Part shown: piece by piece, positions 55,976 through 64,000 of the stretch
How the letters are laid out: each line of letters starts with the position of its first letter
Position numbering within the stretch: the stretch's first letter is position 1
NCBI GenBank assembly: GCA_963848295.1
Contig: CAWKDB010000002.1
Span: forward strand, 512,001 to 576,000
Direction: 5' to 3'
Length of the DNA stretch: 64,000 nucleotides
Source of the DNA: an uncultured delta proteobacterium
GTDB lineage: Bacteria; Myxococcota_A; Polyangia; Haliangiales; Haliangiaceae
Notes under the pieces: model-generated
The model's database searches: none
The model's input: the letters and a program-made list of their open reading frames with translations, nothing else
Told to the model about the DNA's origin: nothing
Translations under genes and position numbers: made by a program

Positions 55976-56825
55976 GCGCAGAACGCAAGCCGAGAACGGT
56001 CTGGCTCGTGCTCGCGCACGTCGCGGTCGTCATGCTCGTCGCGATCGTCTTGTACCCCGTGATGCTCGTGTGCAAGCAGGCGTTCGAGCCCGGCCGCAGC
56101 CTCGCGATGTCGTCGTCGCCGATCCCGAGCGGCGTGACGTTGGACCACTTTCGCGATCTGGTCTCGACCCGCGGTAGCCACGGCGAGCTGCTGTTCGTGC
56201 GCCAGGCGTTCAACTCGATCGTGATCTCGCTGCTCACCACCGTCGTCGGCGTCGCGCTGTCGTGCACCGCGGCCTACGCGCTGTCGCGGTTCAAGTTCCC
56301 GGGCCGCAAGGCCGGGCTCGCGAGCTTCCTCGTCGTCCAGATGTTCCCGGCGACGCTGCTGCTCATGCCGCTGTACGTGATCCTCGACAAGCTGGGCCTG
56401 CTCAACTCGATCATCGGCCTCGTGCTTGTCTACTCGACGACCGCGATCCCGTTCTGCGTGTGGACCCTGAAGGGCTACTTCGACACGTTGCCGCGCGAGC
56501 TCGAAGAAGCGGCGCGGATCGATGGCGCCTCGCCGTGGCTGATCTTCCGCCGGATCATCCTGCCGCTCGCCCAACCGGGCATCGCGGTGACCGCGCTGTT
56601 CGCGTTCATGACCGCATGGAACGAGTTCATCATGGCGTCGACGTTCATGACCGACGAGTCTGGCTATACGCTGCCGGTGTTGATCCAGTCGAGCGTCGGC
56701 GATCACACGGCGAACTTCGGGACCTTCGCCGCCGGGACGATCGTCACCTCGATCCCGGTGATGGTCGTGTTCTACGCGCTGCAGCGCTATCTCGTCGGCG
56801 GTCTCACCGCCGGTGCGGTCAAGGG

Positions 56826-56829
<4 letters not shown>
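55972..56829 (+). CDS. malG: Sugar ABC permease (MalG type)
   Basis: AAYALSRFKFPG, VQMFP, LKGYFDTLPRELEEAARIDG, GGLTAGAVKG. Confidence 0.9.
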
Positions 56830-57668
<839 letters not shown>

Positions 57669-57677
57669 GTTTGCTCC

Positions 57678-58808
57678 TTAGAACGAACCGGCGACCGAGA
57701 GGCCGCCGCCATCCGGTTGGACCCACGGCGCGACCGCGGTCTTGGGTGCGGCCTCGTAAGCGCGCTCGCCGGGCCGATAGCGAAACTGATACCAGTAGGC
57801 GGTGAACCCGGCGGCGACGATCGCGCTGGCCAGGCAAGCATCGGTGACGTGCGCGAGGTCCTTGCCGTTGATCCGCGCGTCGGTGCGCTGCGCTGCGGTC
57901 GAATGCGGGGCGACGTAGACCTTGTGCTGCGAGATCGCCGACACGCCGGTGATCGACGAGACGATGATCAATGCTCCCGTCGCGCCAGCGCCGACGATCA
58001 TCGGCACGAGCGACGGCTTCGGTACCACCGGCGGCGGCTCTGGCTCGTAGCCGACCGGCTTGATCACGACCGGCACCGGCGTGAGCTCGAGCGTGCGGTC
58101 GCTCTCCGACCCTGCGTCGATCTTGAGCTCGACGTCTTTGGGCTGAAAGCCCTCTGCTGCGAGGTACGCGGTGTACGTGCCAGGCAGCATGACGAGCGGC
58201 TGGGCCAATGGCGACGTGCCGACCGTGTTGCCGTTGATCGTCACGCTCGTCCCGTCGGGCTTGATGTTCAGCGTGATCACGCCGAGCTTGCCGGAGACGG
58301 CGTCGAGCATCGCCGCCGCCTTCTTCGCGATGTCCGGCTTGATCCCGGTCGCGGCGGCGATGGCCTTGAGCTGTTGCCGTTCCTCGACGAGCATGCCCGC
58401 TTTGTCTTCGGCTTGCGCGAGCGCGAACGCCACGTTGTTGTCTTCGCCGGCGTCGATCGCCTTCTGATACGCGGTCACCGCGTTGGTGTACTCCGGCTTC
58501 GCGTCGTCGGGCTTGCCCTCCTTGGTCAGCGCGTCGCCGCGCTTGACGAGCTCCTGCGCAGCCTGCAACCACCTCTTCGCGACCTTCGGATCTTTGACCG
58601 GCGCAGCCGGCGGTGTGTCAGCCGGCGACGTACCGGTCGGAGTCGGCGGGGTCGGCGTCGGAGTCGGAGCCGGGGGCGGGGCATCGCCGTCGACGTCGAC
58701 ATCGTCACTGCCCTTCGCGCCGCTGCCATCGCCCGGTGCAGCGCGCGCGACTCCCGAGCCGATGATCGCACACGACGCACAAGCGACAGCGAGTAGGCGC
58801 ACTCCCAT
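57678..58808 (-). CDS. TPR/PEGA domain exported protein
   Basis: Signal peptide; helical TPR-like part; [10 protein letters not shown]...GTSPL...PGTY PEGA; C-terminal GGLSVAGSF. Confidence 0.82.
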   Translation of the reverse strand: MGVRLLAVACASCAIIGSGVARAAPGDGSGAKGSDDVDVDGDAPPPAPTPTPTPPTPTGTSPADTPPAAPVKDPKVAKRWLQAAQELVKRGDALTKEGKPDDAKPEYTNAVTAYQKAIDAGEDNNVAFALAQAEDKAGMLVEERQQLKAIAAATGIKPDIAKKAAAMLDAVSGKLGVITLNIKPDGTSVTINGNTVGTSPLAQPLVMLPGTYTAYLAAEGFQPKDVELKIDAGSESDRTLELTPVPVVIKPVGYEPEPPPVVPKPSLVPMIVGAGATGALIIVSSITGVSAISQHKVYVAPHSTAAQRTDARINGKDLAHVTDACLASAIVAAGFTAYWYQFRYRPGERAYEAAPKTAVAPWVQPDGGGLSVAGSF

Positions 58809-58855
58809 GCCGCTCCATACTACTACGGCGCACCGGCTTTCGCTCACCGCGTGGG

Positions 58856-59647
58856 CTAGGCGTCGCCGTGGAGCCGGCGTGCGGCCGCTCCGAGCTTCGC
58901 GATGTAGTCGAGCGACCGCAGTGGCTTGCCGACCAGGCTCGTGACCATCGCGATCAGCGCTTCGCGGGCGGTGCGGCGATCGCCCGGCGCGAACGCGGGG
59001 TCGGCGTCGCACGTGCGCGCACCTTCGATTCCGGCCGCGGCGATCGCACGCAAGTAGGCGAGCGCCGCGGCGTCGATCGCGCGCACGCCCGCGCTCCGGC
59101 TGTGCGCCGCGCAGCTCCGGCAGATCGCGCCGCCGCGTTCCGGATCGAACACCGCGCCGGCGAGCTCGCCCCGCCCGCACGCCGCGCAGCCGTCGAGCGC
59201 CGGGCGATGACCGGCGAGCTCGAGCAGCGCGAGCTCGGCCGCGCGCAACACGGCGGGCGACGGTCCGCCGGCGGCGAGGCTGTCCCACAACCCGACGATG
59301 ATCGCGAGCGCTTCGGGATCGGGCGCTTCGGCCGGCAGCAACGCGCCGATCAGCTCCGCGATGTAGCTCGCGTGTGCGACCGCGACCACGTCGCTCGCGA
59401 GCGCCTGCCATTCGCGCTCCACCTCGGCGGCCTCGAGCGACCACAGCTCGCCACGTGGTCGGCGCCCGAGCTGATAGCGGCCGAGCACGAGCAGCTGCAA
59501 TGCGCCCGCGAACCGGCGCTGCGACTTGCGAGCACCGCGAGCGACGGCGGAGATCCGCCCGTGCTGCTCGGTGTACAGCGTGACCAGCAGATCGGATTCC
59601 CGCAGCGGCGTCGTCTTCAAGACAACGCCGAGCTCGCCTTGCGCCAT
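58856..59647 (-). CDS. recO: DNA repair protein RecO
   Basis: ESDLLVTLYT, GRISAVARGARKS, CAAC...GGAICRSC zinc motif. Confidence 0.95.
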   Translation of the reverse strand: MAQGELGVVLKTTPLRESDLLVTLYTEQHGRISAVARGARKSQRRFAGALQLLVLGRYQLGRRPRGELWSLEAAEVEREWQALASDVVAVAHASYIAELIGALLPAEAPDPEALAIIVGLWDSLAAGGPSPAVLRAAELALLELAGHRPALDGCAACGRGELAGAVFDPERGGAICRSCAAHSRSAGVRAIDAAALAYLRAIAAAGIEGARTCDADPAFAPGDRRTAREALIAMVTSLVGKPLRSLDYIAKLGAAARRLHGDA

Positions 59648-60825
59648 CAGCCCAGCGTAAGCGACGAATCAGCCATCGTCACGCCCGTACCGCCCGAGCT
59701 CGGCCGGCGCATCAAGTAGCTCAGCGTCAGCGTCGCGGCGATCAGCAGGATGATCACGGCGAGCGTCAGCCCACCTTGGCGCGCGGAGCGATCTTCGCGA
59801 TCGAGCAGGATCGGCGGCAGGAACGAGCGGCGATGCTCCTTCGCCGAGGTGCGCTGCTCTTGTTCCTGCTCCGCGGAGTCGGGGTTCGCGTCGTCGATCA
59901 CCAAGCTCGGCGAGCTCGCGGCCGCCGAGACCGGACGCGACCACGCAGGGCGACGCCACGGCACCGACGGTGCGATCGGCGGCATCGTCGGCGCCCATGC
60001 GACGACAGGGTCCTCCGCGTCGCTGCATGGCGATGCGGTTCGATCGACCACTTCGATCGGTGCGCTCGCGATCGCGGCGCTGGGTTCGGCCGGAGGCTCG
60101 ATCGGCGCATCGCCGATCGCCTCGACTACCGCCAGGGTCGGCTCGGCGATCGCGTCGGCGGTCTCGCCGATGACGGGCGCAACGACCAGCTCGCCATCGG
60201 GCGGCGGCAACGTGCCCTTCGCGCGACGCGTCCGCGGCTTCGCCGTGGCGGTCGTCGCCGCCTTCTTGCGCGGAGCGCGTTTCCTCTTCGTCGGCGCGCC
60301 GAGGTCAGCGGCGACCGCGTGCGAGTCGTGCTCGCTCACCGGCGCCGTGCCGATCGCCTCGACCGAGACCGGAGCGGCCTCGACGATGCGGGCTTGCCCC
60401 GCGCTCGCCGACGTCGGCGCGAGCTCGGCCATCGTCTCGACCAACGCGCGCGCGACGGGCGTCGGCGCTGCGGTCGCGGGTTTGGCGACGCTCGATCGAA
60501 CCTCGCCGCCATGCGGCGTCGCGGCCGGCGGTGGGCAGGCGCCGACCGTCGAGCCCTGCGCGACGCACGCGCCGTAGCGCTCGAGCGCCTCGCTCTCGTC
60601 GAGCCCGACGCAGCGAGCGAAGCTGCGCACGAACCCGCGGACGAACACGTCGGCGGGCAAGCCATCGAACCGACCCGCTTCGAGCGACTCGAGGATCCGC
60701 TGCTGGATCTTCGTGACCTTCGCGACGTCCTCGACGCTCATCTTGCGGCGCGACCGCGCGGTGCGCAGCCAACCCGCGAGCTCGCCGCGCGCGTCGCTGG
60801 ACTCCGCGGACTGCTGCGACTCCAT
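59647..60825 (-). CDS. RodZ-like HTH protein with long disordered linker and C-terminal TM
   Basis: LRTARSRRKMSVEDVAKVTKI...LEAGRFDGLPADVFVRGFVRSFA; TGATG coupling on both sides. Confidence 0.85.
   Translation of the reverse strand: MESQQSAESSDARGELAGWLRTARSRRKMSVEDVAKVTKIQQRILESLEAGRFDGLPADVFVRGFVRSFARCVGLDESEALERYGACVAQGSTVGACPPPAATPHGGEVRSSVAKPATAAPTPVARALVETMAELAPTSASAGQARIVEAAPVSVEAIGTAPVSEHDSHAVAADLGAPTKRKRAPRKKAATTATAKPRTRRAKGTLPPPDGELVVAPVIGETADAIAEPTLAVVEAIGDAPIEPPAEPSAAIASAPIEVVDRTASPCSDAEDPVVAWAPTMPPIAPSVPWRRPAWSRPVSAAASSPSLVIDDANPDSAEQEQEQRTSAKEHRRSFLPPILLDREDRSARQGGLTLAVIILLIAATLTLSYLMRRPSSGGTGVTMADSSLTLG
60015..60048 (+). repeat. Intragenic hairpin repeat copy
   Basis: CCGCGTCGCTGCATGGCGATGCGGTTCGATCGAC; 28/34 identical to the reverse complement of 60491-60524. 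Confidence 0.65.
60491..60524 (-). repeat. Intragenic hairpin repeat copy (inverted)
   Basis: Minus strand CCGCGACGCCGCATGGCGGCGAGGTTCGATCGAG. Confidence 0.65.
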
Positions 60826-61658
60826 CAGTTGCCCAGACTCGCGCCGTCGGCACGGCATTGCGCGGCGATACAGCTTTGCTGCGAGAGCTTGAGGCACGCT
60901 TGTCGCGCCGCCTTGGCCTCATCCGCGAGCCCTTGCTGCATACGAGTCTTCATCAGGTAGTAGCTGGCTTCCTGGGACCCACACGACGGGTCATCGGACG
61001 CCGTCTGGAACAGTTCGGCAGCTTTTTCCCATTCCTGGCGCGCGAAGTAAACCCTGCCTAGCCGATAAGTTGCCACACACATCTTCGGTTGGAATTGCAG
61101 GACCGAGCGGAGCTCTTTCGCGGCGTCGACGTACTTCTGTTGGTGGAACAACGCCCAGCCAAGTTGCGCACGAGTTAGCGCAGCGCTCTGCAGCCGGATC
61201 GGGTTTTCGAGGGCCTTGGTGAGGTACTTCACCGATGCCTCGTAGTCCTCGAGCAGCGTGTAGATGATGCCGCGGTCTGCCCACGCCTCGCCGTTGTCCG
61301 GAGCGATCTTCGCGGCCTCGGCGAAGTCGTTGTCCGCTTTGGTCAGGCTGGCATCGAGGTCCTTGATCGTCGCGTCTCGATCGAGGCCGGTCAGACAACC
61401 ATCGATCTCCATCGAGCGCTGGGTGTCGATGGCTCGAACCATCGAGACGAGGCCGCGGGTGACGTAGGCGTCGTCGTTGCTCTTGTCGAGCGCGAGCGCG
61501 CGATTGCACTCGGCCTCGGCGGCCTCGAGTTGGTGCTTCTTCAGGAAGTCCTTAGCGAGGTCGAGCCGCGTCTCGCTCTTGTTGCGATCGCCGGCGGTGA
61601 TCGGCCCGCAGCCGGCGACCGCCAAAATCGCCAGGAAAACAAGCCTGTTGCCGCGCAC
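60825..61658 (-). CDS. tgl: TPR lipoprotein, type IV pilus pilotin Tgl/PilF-like
   Basis: Lipobox VAGC; TPRs; ALENP, Cys residues in the C-terminal TPRs; directly upstream of a RodZ-like HTH gene, as for pilF/tgl. Confidence 0.75.
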   Translation of the reverse strand: MRGNRLVFLAILAVAGCGPITAGDRNKSETRLDLAKDFLKKHQLEAAEAECNRALALDKSNDDAYVTRGLVSMVRAIDTQRSMEIDGCLTGLDRDATIKDLDASLTKADNDFAEAAKIAPDNGEAWADRGIIYTLLEDYEASVKYLTKALENPIRLQSAALTRAQLGWALFHQQKYVDAAKELRSVLQFQPKMCVATYRLGRVYFARQEWEKAAELFQTASDDPSCGSQEASYYLMKTRMQQGLADEAKAARQACLKLSQQSCIAAQCRADGASLGN

Positions 61659-61734
61659 GCGCTGCACCCTATCGCAGCCGTCTGTTAGCAGCAACCCAGG
61701 TAGAGATCTCGTGCGCCGGGTTATATCTCCCCCA

Positions 61735-62586
61735 ATGCCCGAGTCGAGCGAGCTGCCCGGTCCCGCTGAGCCCACCGCCACGACGACGATCGGCGATGGC
61801 CTGTACGCCGAGACGTTCCAACCGAGCGGAGCGCCGAGAGGCAGCGTCATCATCACGCATGGCTATGCCGATCACTCGGGGCGCTACCGCGAGCTCGCCC
61901 ATGTGATCAAGAACGCCGGCTGGGCGGTGCTGTCGTGGGATGTCCGCGGCCACGGCAAGTCGCCCGGCGCGCGTGGCTACATCGATCGGTTCTCGCGTTA
62001 CCTCGACGACTACGCGCTCGCGTGCACGGCGGCGCGCGCGCTCGCTCCCGGCAAGCCGTTCGTCATGGTCGGCCATTCCCACGGCAGCTTGATCGCGTTG
62101 CGCGCGCTGTGTGGCGATCGGCCCCCCGAAGCCACCGCCGCGATCTTGTCGTCGCCATTCCTCGGGCTGCGGCTCGCGGTGCCGAAGGTCAAGATCCTCG
62201 CCGGCAAGATCGCGAGCGTCATCGCTCCCAGATTCGCGCAAAAGAACGAGCTGCGGCCCGAAGACCTGACCCACGACAAGCAGAAGCAGGCGGAACGCGT
62301 CGCCGACAAGCTGTGTTTTGATATCGCCACGGCGCGCTGGTTCACCGAAGCGAGCAAGGCCCAGGCGTACTGCTACGACCACGCCGATCGGATCAAAGTC
62401 CCGACGACGTGGCTGGTCGGCGCCGACGACCCGATCGCGGATCCCGCGCAGAGCAAGCGGGTCGCCGCCCGCGCCCCGAAATCGACCTATCACGACCTGG
62501 TCGGCATGCGGCACGAAGTGTTCAACGAGGTCGATCGCGCCAAGGTGTTTGCGCTGGTCACTGGCGTCCTCGCCGCAAGCGCTTGA
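61735..62586 (+). CDS. Alpha/beta hydrolase, lysophospholipase family
   Basis: HGYADHSGRY, DVRGHGKS, GHSHG nucleophile elbow, DPIA, RHEVFNE. Confidence 0.92.
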   Translation: MPESSELPGPAEPTATTTIGDGLYAETFQPSGAPRGSVIITHGYADHSGRYRELAHVIKNAGWAVLSWDVRGHGKSPGARGYIDRFSRYLDDYALACTAARALAPGKPFVMVGHSHGSLIALRALCGDRPPEATAAILSSPFLGLRLAVPKVKILAGKIASVIAPRFAQKNELRPEDLTHDKQKQAERVADKLCFDIATARWFTEASKAQAYCYDHADRIKVPTTWLVGADDPIADPAQSKRVAARAPKSTYHDLVGMRHEVFNEVDRAKVFALVTGVLAASA

Positions 62587-62676
62587 GCTGCGGGCGGTTG
62601 CCCGAGGGACCTTTCGCGGTGAGGATCAACGCTTCCTTGCTGCGCCGGACGCGTGGTTCGGCTCGATTGTTACGCA

Positions 62677-62705
62677 TTGGCGCCTGGCGACGAGCCGCCT
62701 ATACT
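62677..62705 (+). promoter_or_regulatory. Sigma70-type promoter
   Basis: TTGGCG-17nt-TATACT, 119 nt upstream of ATG 62825. Confidence 0.6.
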
Positions 62706-62824
62706 AGAGGTCCGGAACGTGGGTTGGCGGGCGTGTGGTTCCTTGATCATCCGATTGCGCCGGTCCTGTCAGCATCGCTTTCATTGCGCGTTTGTACGCG
62801 CGAGACATCGATGCGGAGCCCGAG

Positions 62825-63622
62825 ATGAAGCTATTCGCCTGTATGTGCAACCAACCCCAGCGGCTGTCGGCCGCGCTCGCGCCCGTGCGCGCGGCGCTGG
62901 TCGCGCAACCGCCGGTCTCGCGCTGGGGCCTGGCCTATGCGCAAGCCGGCGATGTGCTGCTCGTGCGCACGCCGAAATCGAGCACGCGCCCCGTCGATCT
63001 GGCGTCGCCGCTCACCGAGATTCCGACCGACTGTGCGATCGGCCAAGCGGTGCGCGACGATCGCGAAGCGGCTCCCGGCGGCACCGACAACACCCCGCCG
63101 TTTCGGTTTCGCCGCTGGATGTTCGGGTTGACCGGGGTGTCCGGCATGGACGGCACGGCGCCGGCGCTGCTCGACCACATTCCCGACTACTTGCGGCGCA
63201 ACTTGAAGGGCCGGACCGCGAACGAGCTCGTGTTCCACGTATTCCTCGCGATGCTTCACGACGAAGGGGCGGTCGACGATCCGAACCTGACGCCGCTGGC
63301 GACTCGGCGCGCGCTCGCAGCGACCATCCGGTTGGTCACCGCCGAGCAAGAGCGCGCCGGCGGCACGATGGGGCTCGGTGCGATCGCTGTCAGCAACGGC
63401 CGATCGATGGTGGTCGCCCGGCTCAACGACACGGTCCGCCTGCGCAAGCTCACGGTCAACGGCGAGCGAGGCGAGCGCGACGAGTCGTTCCGCGGTGTAC
63501 TGCTGGTCTCCGGCGGCGATGGCGACGCCCGCGACGGCTTCGAAGATGTCCCGGCTCGACGCGCGGTCCTGATCTCGCGCAACCTCGATTTCCAGCTCGC
63601 CGATCTTGATCCGGCCGCGTGA
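62825..63622 (+). CDS. Class II glutamine amidotransferase-like (YafJ/EgtC fold), N-terminal Cys absent
   Basis: RWGLAY, NTPPFRFRRWMFG, NLKGRTANELVFHVFL; begins MKLF rather than MC. Confidence 0.8.
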   Translation: MKLFACMCNQPQRLSAALAPVRAALVAQPPVSRWGLAYAQAGDVLLVRTPKSSTRPVDLASPLTEIPTDCAIGQAVRDDREAAPGGTDNTPPFRFRRWMFGLTGVSGMDGTAPALLDHIPDYLRRNLKGRTANELVFHVFLAMLHDEGAVDDPNLTPLATRRALAATIRLVTAEQERAGGTMGLGAIAVSNGRSMVVARLNDTVRLRKLTVNGERGERDESFRGVLLVSGGDGDARDGFEDVPARRAVLISRNLDFQLADLDPAA

Positions 63623-63777
63623 ATCTCGGGTTCAGCTGGCGCGCTGAACACCATTTGGCGCGATCGGTGAGTCGGAATCGAAATTGTTCCAGATCTCGTG
63701 TCGGGTGGAACTAGCCGAGAATGCACAGGTTGCTAACCCCGAGAATCTACGAACAAAGGCATGTCTCAACTTGATGC

Positions 63778-63806
63778 TTGACCCGTCGCGTCACCCTCGC
63801 TAAGCC
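63778..63806 (+). promoter_or_regulatory. Candidate sigma70 promoter, leaderless
   Basis: TTGACC-17nt-TAAGCC, 6 nt before ATG 63813. Confidence 0.45.
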
Positions 63807-63812
63807 ACGCCC

Positions 63813-64000
63813 ATGACGAACGCTCAAGAACGCAAGGCACAGGAGCGGCTGGCTCGGCGCAGGCGGATTCAGGAGGCGGCGCGAACCGTCTTTGCCGAGC
63901 GCGGCTACGCCGGGGCGTCGATCGAGCTGATCGCCCGCGCAGCGCAGCTCTCGGTCGGGGCGATCTACCTCTACTTCCGCTCGAAGGAAGACCTCTACGT
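63813..64000 (+). CDS. TetR family regulator, 3'-truncated by the window edge (not in the ORF track)
   Basis: My translation: MTNAQERKAQERLARRRRIQEAARTVFAERGYAGASIELIARAAQLSVGAIYLYFRSKEDLY. Confidence 0.92.
   Translation, partial: MTNAQERKAQERLARRRRIQEAARTVFAERGYAGASIELIARAAQLSVGAIYLYFRSKEDLY

Noticed and set aside
60900..61220. Locally lower-GC codon usage in the tgl-like gene as a sign of foreign DNA
   Set aside because: Short, ORF intact and no mobility signals; could reflect an internal promoter, but this cannot be supported here.

Overview
High-GC (about 70% by eye), gene-dense window, most likely from a myxobacterium (Myxococcota). Supporting this are MYXO-CTERM-type tails, a tgl/pilF-like, HTH, recO cluster, a TraB-like OmpA/TSP3 gene and many Cys/Gly-rich lipoproteins. 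About 55 protein genes are supported. I saw no rRNA, tRNA, CRISPR array, transposase or prophage genes. Core genes: lysC, recG, recO, two PLD/cardiolipin-synthase-like genes, an M16 peptidase pair, a xylose/glucose-type ABC system, a maltodextrin-type ABC system and a CoA-activase/2-hydroxyacyl-CoA dehydratase-like pair. Signals not explained by the gene calls: (1) a family of short hairpin elements inserted in frame inside unrelated genes, in both orientations (recG, a beta-propeller lipoprotein, an HTH protein twice, a remnant in xylF); (2) a shared upstream box plus sigma54 promoter with near-identical spacing in front of two sugar loci 26 kb apart; (3) a TraA/TraB-like pair in which the MYXO-CTERM partner has thrombospondin repeats; (4) a tandem palindromic operator upstream of the CoA-activase operon; (5) TANNNT boxes 6-9 nt before many start codons, suggesting leaderless transcripts. 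All products were inferred from motifs by eye; no database searches were run.
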